From NCBI GenBank assembly GCA_021735655.1, contig JAIPGM010000004.1:64001-128000 (forward strand): a stretch of DNA of 64,000 nucleotides, in the 5' to 3' direction. Below, piece by piece: positions 29,360 through 40,112 of the stretch. Both the position numbers and the translations under genes were made by a program. How positions within the stretch are numbered: the first letter of the stretch is position 1; the number at the start of each line of letters is the position of its first letter. This DNA is from Candidatus Omnitrophota bacterium (GTDB taxonomy: Bacteria; Omnitrophota; Gorgyraeia; Duberdicusellales; 4484-171). The notes under the pieces were generated by a model, which was not told the DNA's origin, did not search any database, and saw only the letters and a program-made list of their open reading frames with translations.

Positions 29360-29640
29360 TTAATTTTAATCGGTTCATTTAAAAACTTTTAGTGATCAAC
29401 TGTATTTTCATAATTCTTGCTAGCCTATATTATACATCGGCCATCACCAATACAAACAAATATTTTATCTACGCCTTATTGTTTTACCCTCTCAACGCCT
29501 CCAAAATAATCTAGCTGATCAAGTGAATCCTCCCCGGCCTAAAGGCCAGGGCTTCCTCCCGAGCAGAAATCCTAAAAGAGCATTCATCCCTCGGGCTAAA
29601 GCCCGGGGATTTCTGCGAGGGATTAAAATTACCCTTTAGC

Positions 29641-30321
29641 TTAGTAACCTTTAGCCTCAATATTTTGTTTTATGCCTCGGGCCATGATTTTAAAGTCAGT
29701 CAATAAAAGACGCCAAGCCGAAAACTCCATATATTTTTTGATATAGTCGTACTCCAAAACTAAATTATGTAAATCTGGTGTACCCTTACGAACATCCGTT
29801 TCGCTCCACAAAGCAGCCTTTAAAACTTTTTTATGCACATAGCCTTCTTGCAAAACATCCTGATAAACCTCCCAAGCAATAGCTCGTGTTCCAACAAAGG
29901 ACATATCGCCTTTAACGATATTGAAAAGTTGGGGAAGCTCATCTAAGTAAGCTTTTTTTAAAATTTTTCCCACCCGAGTTAATTTTTCGGGAAACTCTTC
30001 CGGATAAGCCGCAACATCATATTGCTCTCTTAAGCGTTTGTTGATAAAACGCATTTTAGTAATTCTAAATTTATACTTTATGAATTTTTTTCCTCGGTCT
30101 GAAGCAATATAGGAAGCTAAAATCCCGCCTCGATCGTCGGGATAAAAAAGATTATCAATTAGGTAGGCAAAAAATATCAGTAGAAAAACCGGCGAAGCAA
30201 ATAAAATCGCAATGACTGAAGCACAACGGTCAAATATCGCTTTACAAGGCCTAACCGGCAATGGCCCCTTTAAAGCAAAAATTTCTTTATAATTTTCTCG
30301 TAACTGCTCAACTTTTTCCAT
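29641..30321 (-). CDS. bacterial sugar transferase (PglC/WbaP-C-like phosphoglycosyltransferase), divergent paralog
   Basis: Re-entrant helix, KYKFRIT, LDELPQLFNIVKGDMSFVGTRA. The DE dyad is kept but the canonical PRP motif reads TRA. Confidence 0.65.
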   Translation of the reverse strand: MEKVEQLRENYKEIFALKGPLPVRPCKAIFDRCASVIAILFASPVFLLIFFAYLIDNLFYPDDRGGILASYIASDRGKKFIKYKFRITKMRFINKRLREQYDVAAYPEEFPEKLTRVGKILKKAYLDELPQLFNIVKGDMSFVGTRAIAWEVYQDVLQEGYVHKKVLKAALWSETDVRKGTPDLHNLVLEYDYIKKYMEFSAWRLLLTDFKIMARGIKQNIEAKGY

Positions 30322-30336
30322 ATAAATAACTTAAAA

Positions 30337-30978
30337 TTAATTAGGGTCGTTTAGTTGGCTTTCTATTTTGTTTTTAAGAGCTCCTCCTAAAAAACGAAAT
30401 TTATCGCCTTCTACTTCCCACTTGCTGTTAAACGTTACTAAAAATGATAGAAAAATAAGATAAAAATCTAAAAAAAAGGTCCGATTTTTTACATACCAGA
30501 TATCGTATTTAAACTTTTCGCGAAAATTAAGATAGTGAGAACCAAACACTTGAGCCACCCCGGTCAGTCCCGGCCTTATAGCATTTCGCTTAGTAAAATC
30601 GGGAAACTCCAGACAAAACTTTTTAACAAATTCCGGTCTTTCAGTCCGCGGGCCAACGAAACTCATATCTCCTTTTAAAATATTAATTAATTGCGGAAGC
30701 TCGTCTAAAGCCGACTTCCTTAGCCTTTTCCCGATCTTTGTACTTCTGGCATCATTTCCTAAGGATAGAGTTGGGCCAATATCCTTTTCAGCGTTAGGGA
30801 CCATTGAACGAAACTTAAGTATTTTGAATACTTTATTATCTTTGCCAATTCTGGCTTGAGAATAAAAAATAGGCCCGCCGTCTTCCACTTTAATCAATAA
30901 AGCAATGACAACCCCCAAGGGAAAAGCTAAGATTAAGCCAGTTAAGGAAAAAATAATATCGAATGATCGTTTAAGCAT
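30337..30978 (-). CDS. small monotopic phosphoglycosyltransferase (PglC-like, undecaprenyl/polyprenyl-phosphate sugar-1-phosphate transferase)
   Basis: KRSFDIIFSLTGLILAFPL...KFRSM...LDELPQLINILKGDMSFVGPRTERPEF are canonical motifs. Confidence 0.85.
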   Translation of the reverse strand: MLKRSFDIIFSLTGLILAFPLGVVIALLIKVEDGGPIFYSQARIGKDNKVFKILKFRSMVPNAEKDIGPTLSLGNDARSTKIGKRLRKSALDELPQLINILKGDMSFVGPRTERPEFVKKFCLEFPDFTKRNAIRPGLTGVAQVFGSHYLNFREKFKYDIWYVKNRTFFLDFYLIFLSFLVTFNSKWEVEGDKFRFLGGALKNKIESQLNDPN

Positions 30979-31028
30979 TTAAGTTAAGCCATAAATCTAA
31001 AAATTATTTCCGAAGGCATTTTACTATA

Positions 31029-32147
31029 TTACAATCTACATTTCAATATCTCTTCATACACCTGTTGGCTCTCGACCAGCATCCGATCTAAACTAAACTT
31101 TCTTAGGGCCCGTTGATAACCTGCTTCCCCCATATCTTTGCGCAATTTCTTATCTTCGATTAGCTTCTCTAAGGCTCCGGCTAAAGCCGCGGGGTCGCGC
31201 GGCGGGACTAAAAACCCGGTAACTGAATTTTTAACCAACTCACTCACTCCCCCGACATCTGTGGCTACTACTGGCAGCTTAGCTAACATTGCTTCAATGA
31301 TTGAGCGCGGAAGGCCTTCCCAATTCGAAGATAGCACAAAAATATCTGAAGCAACTAAAAACTCTTCCACCCGCTTTTGTTCGCCGACGAGCACCACCCG
31401 ATCAGCTAAATTACTCTTACCGATCATCCCTTGCACTTGCTGACGCAAAGGGCCATCACCAACAATAATTATTTTTGCTTTTGCGATAAGCTTTGCCGCT
31501 TTGATAAGAGTAGATAAATCTTTCTGAGGGTTTAGGCGGCCAACAAAAGTTATCACCGTGGCCTTCTCTAGTTTTAGCTCCTTTCGAATTTTCATTCTAT
31601 CAGCTTCGCCAATTGGGGCTGGATCTATGCCATTATGAATGATTGCCAGCTTGTTCGGCGGTGCGATTCTGAACTTAAGCGCTAGCCTATAGTCATACTC
31701 GGAAACGCAGATAATCTTAACTGTAGATTTAGCAGCTAAACGTTCAAGCCATGACAAAAACCAACGTTTCCCAAAAGAGCGTCCTTCGCCAAAACTCCAT
31801 CCATGAGCTGTAAAGATTACTGGCTTACGCTCCCAGGCTGCGCTAAGCCGCGCCGCCAACCCAGCTTTAGTGCTATGGCTGCTTATTATATCCGGCTTAA
31901 AAAACTTTATTGCCCGCCATACTGAAATTAAAGCCCTCAAATCGTGGTAAGGAGAAATAGGATAAATAAAATGGGGCTCGGGGAAAACTTTGGCTCCAAT
32001 AACTTTGGCCGCCTGCATTAAGCGCGGTTCGGGACCGGCAACTAAACCGACCCTACAACCCTTTGCGGCGAAATAACGCATTAAATGAACCACATGCTTA
32101 GTAGCCCCGCCAAAAGCAGCTGCTGTAGTAATATATAAAATCCTCAT
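31029..32147 (-). CDS. glycosyltransferase family 4
   Basis: EGLPRSIIEAMLAKLPVVATDVGG GT-B motif. Confidence 0.8.
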   Translation of the reverse strand: MRILYITTAAAFGGATKHVVHLMRYFAAKGCRVGLVAGPEPRLMQAAKVIGAKVFPEPHFIYPISPYHDLRALISVWRAIKFFKPDIISSHSTKAGLAARLSAAWERKPVIFTAHGWSFGEGRSFGKRWFLSWLERLAAKSTVKIICVSEYDYRLALKFRIAPPNKLAIIHNGIDPAPIGEADRMKIRKELKLEKATVITFVGRLNPQKDLSTLIKAAKLIAKAKIIIVGDGPLRQQVQGMIGKSNLADRVVLVGEQKRVEEFLVASDIFVLSSNWEGLPRSIIEAMLAKLPVVATDVGGVSELVKNSVTGFLVPPRDPAALAGALEKLIEDKKLRKDMGEAGYQRALRKFSLDRMLVESQQVYEEILKCRL

Positions 32148-32209
32148 CTGAAATCACCTTGCCGGCATTTTACTTGTTTTCGATTAATCTCTCTACGAAA
32201 AAATTACCC

Positions 32210-33343
32210 CTATGATGGCCCTAATCGTTCATACAATCTTTCATATTGCTCTAAGTTCCGACTCAAGGGAAAATTGTCCTTAATCCGCTGCCGGGCTGCT
32301 GTTCCCAGTTTTCGGCGGCCTTCCGAACCCAATTCTATAAGTTGCTGCCAAGCCTCGGTAAGCGCTTTTGGGTTTTTTGGCGGAACAACCAGTCCGGTCT
32401 CGCCAACCACAAAGGCTGAATCTCCCACATCGGTTGTGACACAAGGAGTGCCACAAGCCATGGCTTCCCCTAATACATTAGGAAATCCTTCTCCGCAGGA
32501 AGACGATAAAGTTACAATATCTAAACCTGACAATATTTGTGGTAAATCATTTCTTTCCCCTAATAGGTAAACCCGTTGCTGAAGACCCTTTTCAACAACC
32601 CATTGGAAAAGTTGTTTATTGCTTTCAGTGACCCTTGGCCCAATTAAAATGAAATAGACTGCCGGAACTTTTTTACTTAAACCTTCGGCAGCCTCAATAA
32701 AACCTCGCTGGTCCTTTTGGGGATGAAACCGGGCAACTAAACCTATTAACAGCGCCTCCTTGGAAAGTTTAAGTTCCTGAAGAAGCTTGGCTCGAGCCGA
32801 TAGATCGGGTTTAAACTCAACTAAATCGTAACCGTTAAAAATTACAACCATTTTGTCGCTACGGTAGCGATATTTAAGGTGTATTCGCCGGGTTTCTCGT
32901 GAGCAGCATACTATAACCTCAGGGACCCAACCTGACAGCAAAGCCCCGGCCTTTACTACCGATAAAGTGGTTTTTTTCACAAACCCTACACTGGTATCAC
33001 TATGATGCAGCCCCCAAATAACCGGGATTCCGCCGGCAAGCTTAGCGGCGATGCCTCCGATTAAATTCGCATGATACATCCAGGTTTGAACCAAGTCAAA
33101 CCGGCTGCGCTTCAAATAAACTATTAACTGGATTAGAGCTTTAAGGTCAGAAACTCTATAGCGCATGTTTAGGGCTTTTACATTTATACCTAAATTTTGG
33201 ATTTTTTCTCCGACCGGACCGAGCTCAGTTAAAGAAACAACTGAAACTTTATACTTTTCTTTATCCAAACCCAAAAGGAGCCGATACAATACCATCTCGG
33301 CACCACCAATATTTAGACCAGTTATAATATGACAGATTCTCAT
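32210..33343 (-). CDS. glycosyltransferase family 4
   Basis: EGFPNVLGEAMACGTPCVTTDVGD motif. Confidence 0.8.
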   Translation of the reverse strand: MRICHIITGLNIGGAEMVLYRLLLGLDKEKYKVSVVSLTELGPVGEKIQNLGINVKALNMRYRVSDLKALIQLIVYLKRSRFDLVQTWMYHANLIGGIAAKLAGGIPVIWGLHHSDTSVGFVKKTTLSVVKAGALLSGWVPEVIVCCSRETRRIHLKYRYRSDKMVVIFNGYDLVEFKPDLSARAKLLQELKLSKEALLIGLVARFHPQKDQRGFIEAAEGLSKKVPAVYFILIGPRVTESNKQLFQWVVEKGLQQRVYLLGERNDLPQILSGLDIVTLSSSCGEGFPNVLGEAMACGTPCVTTDVGDSAFVVGETGLVVPPKNPKALTEAWQQLIELGSEGRRKLGTAARQRIKDNFPLSRNLEQYERLYERLGPS

Positions 33344-33366
33344 TAAATTAACTGTCCCGTTTATTT

Positions 33367-34464
33367 TTAGCTCTTAAGCAGTTTAAAATATTCCCCAACA
33401 ACTGCCTCTCTAGTAAATATTTTTAACTCTTCGGCCTCAATACCTTTACCGGGTCGATCGAGTGTAGCAATAATCGCTGCGGCTAACCTCTCCCAATCAC
33501 CTACCGGAACTAGCTTTCCCAGCCGTCCGCCTTGTAATATTTCCCTAGAACCCCCCGGACTATCAGTAGCCACTACTGCTACCCCCAAAGCTAAGGCCTC
33601 AATCAAAACTGTGGGAAGCCCTTCCCAGGCTGAAGACAAAACAAATATTTTAGCTTTAGCCATCCAAGCATAAGGATTTTCAACAAACCCAGGCATCGCT
33701 ACGTCTGCCTCCAAGTTTAATTCCTTAATTAACTTTTCAAGGCTGCCGCGTTCCTCCCCCTCGCCTAAAATTATTAACCGAGCTGGGCGTTGCTCCAAAA
33801 TCCGTCTAAACGCTCGAAGCAGCGTCCCAAAATCCTTTTGCGCTGTTAGCCGGCCTACCGAAAGTAAAACTGGTATATCTTTTTCAATAAACCACTTGTG
33901 TTTAGGGTTATCCCTGCCTTTAGCTATAAGCTCTGAGGTAATAACTGGGTTAGGGATAATCTTAATTTGGCTTAACTTAGCCATGCCCAATTTAGCTATT
34001 TCCGCGGCGACAGCTTGCGATACTGCTACCACCGTCTGGGCTCGAAAATAAATTAGCTTAGCTAAAAATAAACCCACCCTATCCTTTAACCTGAATTGTT
34101 TTGACCGGCTGGCCAAAACCGTATTTTGAACTATAACGATAATTTTTGTATTCACTCTAGCAAACCAACCTGCCAAAATAGCTATGACATTAGCATGTCT
34201 CATAGCTGAAAGCAAACTCGCTGGCTGTTCTTTTTTAAGATATCCAACTAACCCTTTAAGGCTGGTTAAAACTCGTTGAGCCCCTAAATTTATTACTTTG
34301 ACCTCGGGTGGGATTTGAGATAGATAAGGGCCTTGGGCTTTAGCCAACACTATTTCTACAGTCAAGCCGCGTTCCTGCAACCCAATAGCTAAGTTAAGCA
34401 TCGCTCGTTCGGCTCCCCCACCACGCATTGAAGGCACAAAAATAGCTACCTTGTCTTTATTCAT
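33367..34464 (-). CDS. glycosyltransferase family 4
   Basis: EGLPTVLIEALALGVAVVATD motif. Confidence 0.8.
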   Translation of the reverse strand: MNKDKVAIFVPSMRGGGAERAMLNLAIGLQERGLTVEIVLAKAQGPYLSQIPPEVKVINLGAQRVLTSLKGLVGYLKKEQPASLLSAMRHANVIAILAGWFARVNTKIIVIVQNTVLASRSKQFRLKDRVGLFLAKLIYFRAQTVVAVSQAVAAEIAKLGMAKLSQIKIIPNPVITSELIAKGRDNPKHKWFIEKDIPVLLSVGRLTAQKDFGTLLRAFRRILEQRPARLIILGEGEERGSLEKLIKELNLEADVAMPGFVENPYAWMAKAKIFVLSSAWEGLPTVLIEALALGVAVVATDSPGGSREILQGGRLGKLVPVGDWERLAAAIIATLDRPGKGIEAEELKIFTREAVVGEYFKLLKS

Positions 34465-35588
34465 GGTTTTTTCGAATTAGCTCCAGACTGATAAACTTCA
34501 TCGACCACCCTTCGCCACATTTCTAAAATTCTTGAAGAGCCAAATCTTTCCAACACTTCTGGAGCACGCAAAGCCAATCGTTTCCTTTCATTCTCATCAC
34601 GCATCAGCTTAGCAATGGTTGTAGCTAAAGCCGCCACATTTTCTGGCGGTACCAACACTCCGTCAATTTTATCTCTGATAATTTCACTTGGCCCGCAGGG
34701 GCAATCAAAACTTACCACCGCCACCCCTTGAGCCATTGCTTCAAGAATGACCATCGGAAAACCCTCAAACCGCGATGACATTGCAAAAATGTCAGCCTGT
34801 TTTAAAATAGCTAGCGGGTTAGGAACTAGCCCTAACAAAAATATGCGATTTTTCAAATTTAATGAGCCGATCAACCTCTCTAGTTCCCCTTGCATCTGCC
34901 CTTGCCCTAAGATGACTAAGTTCCAATCAAGATTATTGGAAGAAACCTTGGCAAAACTCTCAATCAACAAATCAAACCCTTTTTGCCGAACCAGCCTCCC
35001 GATAGCAACTATTAATTTACCCTTGGGGAGCTTAACCTGATTAGAAATATTACTCCTTTCATCCTCAAGCCTGATCGGATTAGGGATTATGACTACCTGT
35101 TCACTAGCCAACCAATTAGTGAAATATTTTTTCATGCTTTTAGTTAGCACCACAACCCGGCTAGCCCAACGATAAGCAATTCTTCGCAATAAAATCAGCA
35201 TTCGTCTTCCCTGTTTTGAATCCATATGTTCTGAAACAATTACTGGGATCTTTGAACCAAACAAAGAAAATAAAGTTAGCACATTGGTCTTATCCATAAA
35301 ACTTACAACGACATCGGGGTTGCTTCTTTTTATTTCCCTGCGCAGCCGATAACTTCGACGCAGGCTCCTTATTACGGTTTGGAAAATATTATTTGATACA
35401 GACAATAAGCCAAGTGAACGCTGAGTTATTGTTTCATCTATTTTAAAAAAAGGTTTCCTGCCCCAATCCAAGGTAAGTAAAGTAACTGAATAGCCTTGCT
35501 TTGCAAAATAATTAGCCACCGTACTCATCACTCTTTCTGCTCCGCCGGCTGAAAGAGATGGGATAACAAAAGTTATACGTATCGCCAT
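34461..35588 (-). CDS. glycosyltransferase family 4
   Basis: EGFPMVILEAMAQGVAVVSFD motif; 4-nt overlap indicates translational coupling. Confidence 0.8.
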   Translation of the reverse strand: MAIRITFVIPSLSAGGAERVMSTVANYFAKQGYSVTLLTLDWGRKPFFKIDETITQRSLGLLSVSNNIFQTVIRSLRRSYRLRREIKRSNPDVVVSFMDKTNVLTLFSLFGSKIPVIVSEHMDSKQGRRMLILLRRIAYRWASRVVVLTKSMKKYFTNWLASEQVVIIPNPIRLEDERSNISNQVKLPKGKLIVAIGRLVRQKGFDLLIESFAKVSSNNLDWNLVILGQGQMQGELERLIGSLNLKNRIFLLGLVPNPLAILKQADIFAMSSRFEGFPMVILEAMAQGVAVVSFDCPCGPSEIIRDKIDGVLVPPENVAALATTIAKLMRDENERKRLALRAPEVLERFGSSRILEMWRRVVDEVYQSGANSKKP

Positions 35589-35639
35589 TTTTTAATCTTT
35601 AATCCTTACCCGTCCCCGATATTATAACTGCGCCTCTAA

Positions 35640-36908
35640 TTAATCCCTTAAACAAGAAACAAGAAATGAAGTAATCCGTCCATAAGTATCTTGGAAAGAA
35701 AACTTTTCTTCAATCTGTTTGCGGGCAAAAAGACTTTGTTTTTTGGCTTGTTCGGCCGAAGCTAAAAATTTGTTTACTGCTTCAGCTATCCCTTGATCAT
35801 TATTCTGAATAATTAGGCCCCGCTCATTATCTAAATTCATTCCATAAATTGCCTCATCAGTAGCTATAACCGGAACCCCCAAAGCCATGGCCTCGATAAC
35901 CCGGCTCCTAAAACCATAAGTTCCTTTTAAAGGACAGATCATAACCGTAGCTGAGGCTAGCGTCTCCTGAACTCGCTCAATAAATCCCGTTATCTTCACC
36001 CGGCTATCCCCGGCTAAAGCCTGCAGTTTATTTGAAGGCCTTGCCCCCACTAGCCATAGTTCGGCATCAGGAACCTTAGGCCAAACCAAGGGCATAATTC
36101 TATTGGCGCAACGTAAGGCAGCTTGCTCATTCTGCTCACCGGAAAGCGAACCATAAAAAATAATTCGTTGCGGTTTAGCCGGTTTCCAACAATATGGCCA
36201 CTCCGCCAAATCAACTCCCATGCCGGCAATTAGCGTAGAAATATTCTGAGGTATTTTTTGGCGAAGATACTCATCTTCAACATGGTTTATCGATATGATC
36301 TGGCTAAATTGTCGCCAGATTTTCTCTTCTATTGTACGATATCGTTTAATCAAAAATTTTTGGTAAAGCCTGCCCGGCCCCTTTCTACTCTTTCCGGCAT
36401 TATTAAAACTTCCTATCGCATCTATCTGAGCGGCCCGCCATTGCCAAAGAATATCATGCATATCCAAAACACAAGGGATACCCTTATTTTTAAAATAGCT
36501 TAATGATGCTGCGCTGTACCAATATTCGAAAAGAACAATAGCGAACTCATCGTTGTCAAGAGCCTTCTTCACTCTTTTCGGCGATAGATTAAGACTGCCT
36601 AGATAATAACTTTTTGGAATACCAAAAAGATAGCAGGCTAAACCAGATAAGGTACGATGTAGCGCCCGGGTAATGAAGTTTTTTGTGTAACAACTAGGCA
36701 AAATTATTACCCGTGAACATAGCGATTGTAAAACTTTTTTATCGGTAAGAATATCTCGTTGGTTACTAGTAGAAAGAAAAGTTATTTCAAATTTTTCCCG
36801 CGCAGCCCGCAAAATGTTAAAAATCCGCACTCGGCAACCCATTTCTAAAAGAGATAGGTTGGCGATTGGCGAAATCACTAAAAGTTTTGGCCGGCCGGTT
36901 TTTTTCAT
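35640..36908 (-). CDS. glycosyltransferase family 4
   Basis: GFRSRVIEAMALGVPVIATDEAIYG. Confidence 0.75.
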   Translation of the reverse strand: MKKTGRPKLLVISPIANLSLLEMGCRVRIFNILRAAREKFEITFLSTSNQRDILTDKKVLQSLCSRVIILPSCYTKNFITRALHRTLSGLACYLFGIPKSYYLGSLNLSPKRVKKALDNDEFAIVLFEYWYSAASLSYFKNKGIPCVLDMHDILWQWRAAQIDAIGSFNNAGKSRKGPGRLYQKFLIKRYRTIEEKIWRQFSQIISINHVEDEYLRQKIPQNISTLIAGMGVDLAEWPYCWKPAKPQRIIFYGSLSGEQNEQAALRCANRIMPLVWPKVPDAELWLVGARPSNKLQALAGDSRVKITGFIERVQETLASATVMICPLKGTYGFRSRVIEAMALGVPVIATDEAIYGMNLDNERGLIIQNNDQGIAEAVNKFLASAEQAKKQSLFARKQIEEKFSFQDTYGRITSFLVSCLRD

Positions 36909-37750
36909 TTTAGCTTTTTTAATTTTCGTCTAATTAAAGAAAATATCTTAAAAGGATTCCTAAAATAATAACTGATTCGCCGCACTTTAAATTTCCGAAA
37001 AAGGATATATTTAATCATTGTTAATACTCTTAAAGGGAAAGAAAGCTTTTGCCGGTGCCTTTCTAAAAGCTGATTATAATAAATATCATGCAACCCTTTT
37101 TCTTTAAGGGTTGTGGTTTTGGCCCCTTTAATTAACCGCAAATTCCCCCAAATCTCATCAATATACTTAACCTTGGCAACCAGCACCGCCCTAATAATAA
37201 AATCTATATCCATCATGTACGGGCCATAAGGCTCATCGGTCAAATACAGCCCTATTTTTTGGTGCAGCGATTTATGATAGAAGTATGCCGAAGGGTTCCA
37301 AGGAAAAGGCTCTTTTAAAGACAATAGGTCAGTTATCCCCATTTTTTTCGGTTTATTTATCTGTAAAATTTTACCTTCATCCCCCCAAACATTGCAATTA
37401 CCCACCAATAAACTAGGCTCGGGCAAATCTTTAAAAAGTTCTAATATCTGATTTAAAACACCGGGCTCATAAAAATCATCTACATTCAAAGAGCTGATTA
37501 TTTCCCCTTTAGACATGGCCAAACCCTTATTCAAAGCCTGCGACTGCCCTTGGTCTTTTTCGGAAACCCACCTAATATGCCGATAGCGCTTGGCATATTT
37601 ACTGATAATTGCTACGGTCTTATCGGTTGATCCGCCATCAATAAGCAGATGCTCTGCTTCCGGGCATTTCTGTTCGATCACATTTTCTAAACAGCCCTGG
37701 ATAAACCGCTCACCATTATAAACTGGGGTAATGACGCTAATCATAGTCAA
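36905..37750 (-). CDS. glycosyltransferase family 2
   Basis: ISVITPVYNGERFI...LLIDGGSTD...NVDDFY (DxD). Confidence 0.8.
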   Translation of the reverse strand: MTMISVITPVYNGERFIQGCLENVIEQKCPEAEHLLIDGGSTDKTVAIISKYAKRYRHIRWVSEKDQGQSQALNKGLAMSKGEIISSLNVDDFYEPGVLNQILELFKDLPEPSLLVGNCNVWGDEGKILQINKPKKMGITDLLSLKEPFPWNPSAYFYHKSLHQKIGLYLTDEPYGPYMMDIDFIIRAVLVAKVKYIDEIWGNLRLIKGAKTTTLKEKGLHDIYYNQLLERHRQKLSFPLRVLTMIKYILFRKFKVRRISYYFRNPFKIFSLIRRKLKKLK

Positions 37751-39024
37751 AAATTCTTTTCCGGTTTTCCTATTATTTCTTGATATAGATTTATGTAGTG
37801 TGCTACCTGATTCTTAAGGGCGTATTTCTTCTCTACTCTTTCCCTAGCGTGATGTCCGAGCCTTTGACGCTCCTGAGGGTGATTTATCAGCCAAGCTATT
37901 TTTGCGGCTAGCTCTTGGCTATTTTTTACCTCAGCCCAAAGCCCAGTTTCGTTTGGTACCATTATTTCGTTAATCCCCCCAATATTAAAGGCTACCGCTG
38001 GAATGCCGCAAGCCATTGATTCTAACAACAATAGACCAAAAGCCTCCTCTAAAGAGGGGATCACTACTACATCAGCGGCACTATAAACATTGGCTAGACT
38101 TTCTTCATCATAAAAATACCCCAATTGATAAATAGCTAAATCACTTCTTCTTAATTTATCCTCTATATCTTGTTTGGCGCCAAAAATAACTAAGGCTAGT
38201 TTGGAGGTATTAATTTTCTGCCCTAATATACTTAAAGCCTCCACTAAATATTGGAAGCCTTTGTTTTTACTCTTGTAATCTGCTCCGAATAAAATAATAG
38301 TTTTATCTTGAGGCAGCCCCAATAAATTCCTCGATTTAAACCGATCCTTCTTAATAAATACATTAATAGGGACTCCGTGGGGAATAACTTTTATCGGGCA
38401 GTCTTTAAAAAGTTGGCTTTGCCTAGCTTGTTCGGCAAGCCAAAAGCTGGGAGCAACAATATTAATATTGGCCTTCTCTAAAACCTTTTTCTTTCTTTCC
38501 AATATTTTCCGGGAAAGGTCTCTGTTTTTCCTTGAACCCAGCTGAGGACAATATCCACAACCAATCTCATATTTGTTACACCCCTCAAGACAATGGCACC
38601 CGCCGGTAAAAGGATTGTGATCGTGCAGCGTCCAAACTATCGGTTTAGGCCCTAAATTTAGAAAAAAATCTTTATAGTCGACCATTTTTACTACCCAATG
38701 CAAGTTAATAACCTCTGCCTCACGCACCACTGGCTGCCTTTTTAGCCGATAGATTGACCGCTCATTACTAAAGATTAATTCCTCTTTTTGCTTTCGCTGT
38801 TGGCCCTTAATCTCTCTAAAAATCAGTTTTTTCTTGATTTTGTTTTTAAACCGAGTAACTAAACTATCGCTTTCAGTTAGTTCAACAACATCACAATCCT
38901 GCGATGAGCGGCGCAAAACTAACATTTTAGAATCTACCTTTGCCTGTTTTAAACCACAATGAATTCTATAGGCTGCTTTGCCGGCCCCGCCAGAATCATA
39001 AGTACTTAAATGAAGAGTTTTCAT
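37747..39024 (-). CDS. glycosyltransferase family 4 with N-terminal extension
   Basis: EEAFGLLLLESMACGIPAVAFNIGG. Confidence 0.75.
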   Translation of the reverse strand: MKTLHLSTYDSGGAGKAAYRIHCGLKQAKVDSKMLVLRRSSQDCDVVELTESDSLVTRFKNKIKKKLIFREIKGQQRKQKEELIFSNERSIYRLKRQPVVREAEVINLHWVVKMVDYKDFFLNLGPKPIVWTLHDHNPFTGGCHCLEGCNKYEIGCGYCPQLGSRKNRDLSRKILERKKKVLEKANINIVAPSFWLAEQARQSQLFKDCPIKVIPHGVPINVFIKKDRFKSRNLLGLPQDKTIILFGADYKSKNKGFQYLVEALSILGQKINTSKLALVIFGAKQDIEDKLRRSDLAIYQLGYFYDEESLANVYSAADVVVIPSLEEAFGLLLLESMACGIPAVAFNIGGINEIMVPNETGLWAEVKNSQELAAKIAWLINHPQERQRLGHHARERVEKKYALKNQVAHYINLYQEIIGKPEKNF

Positions 39025-40112
39025 ATCAGTTGTTTTTTGATTGTTCGCCTTATTGCCCTTTTTAGTCTATTAATAAACCCCCATAATTTAAAAAACTTTT
39101 TTCCTAGCCAATACCTTGGCGAACCCAAAAGGTGCTCAATATCATCAACCTTTCGCCTCTCTACTTGGATTATTCCTTCATTTACATCTTTTATCATTTT
39201 TTTAATTTCTGGCGGATGTTGGCCGGAAAATCGTTCCAGCCAAGCCGGATAGTTATAAACATTATGCACTCGATAGCCGCTTTCTAAACCCAAAAATATT
39301 TTTTGGTACCACTCTTGGAATCCTTTAAGTTGCGCCCATTTAGCTTGGTCGTAATACCGGCTTTTATCCAAGACTTGTTTGGGGAAAACTAGCGAATAAT
39401 GGTACAAAAAAATACCTTTCTTAATTAAGCTGTCTCCGTTGACCCATTTCAAGTTACGTAAATCCACACCTTCTGGATTGCAAACCGTTGGCGGCCGATG
39501 GTCAATATATCTATAGCCCGGCCCCCATTTAAATAAGCGATGATACCTTTGGGCCCAATATTTAGCAGGCTTTTCACGAAACAACCATCCATCAACCACA
39601 TAATCAAATCCACCAAAAAAAGTTATCTGTTTAAAAGAAACAGCGGTGATCTTCGAATCGCTGCGCAGCATTTCTAATATCGCCTGCATGTCTTGGGGTT
39701 TATAAAACTCATCTACATCAACCTGCCAAAGATAATTTCCCGTTGCCCGTTGCGCATAGGCTTGCGACATTTCCTCTTTTTCGCTCCAAAATCCTTTAGC
39801 TGTAATGATCTCGATTTTGTTATCGGGGTCTTCCTCCTGTTTAAACCGCTGGAGTACATCAAGTGTCCCATCAACTGAATGTCCGTTAGCTGTGGCTAGA
39901 TCTGCTGCCGCGCGAACCGCGCCCTCTACCACAATGATTTGATGAGCGAAAGGATATAAAGACCGTAAACAGTAGCGTGTAAACGGCTCTCCGTTAAACA
40001 CGATCAGGCCAAAAGTGATTTTCGGATAATTACTCATTTTTCGCCAAGGTAACCGCAGCAAAAGTAATACCGAAAGGTGTCCAAAGCATGAATAACTGCC
40101 AGGGAGTAACAA
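39021..40112 (-). CDS. putative GT2-like glycosyltransferase
   Basis: ITFGLIVFNGEPF N-terminal Rossmann-like start and VDVDEF DxD-like motif. Divergent. Confidence 0.4.
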   Translation of the reverse strand: MLLPGSYSCFGHLSVLLLLRLPWRKMSNYPKITFGLIVFNGEPFTRYCLRSLYPFAHQIIVVEGAVRAAADLATANGHSVDGTLDVLQRFKQEEDPDNKIEIITAKGFWSEKEEMSQAYAQRATGNYLWQVDVDEFYKPQDMQAILEMLRSDSKITAVSFKQITFFGGFDYVVDGWLFREKPAKYWAQRYHRLFKWGPGYRYIDHRPPTVCNPEGVDLRNLKWVNGDSLIKKGIFLYHYSLVFPKQVLDKSRYYDQAKWAQLKGFQEWYQKIFLGLESGYRVHNVYNYPAWLERFSGQHPPEIKKMIKDVNEGIIQVERRKVDDIEHLLGSPRYWLGKKFFKLWGFINRLKRAIRRTIKKQLI

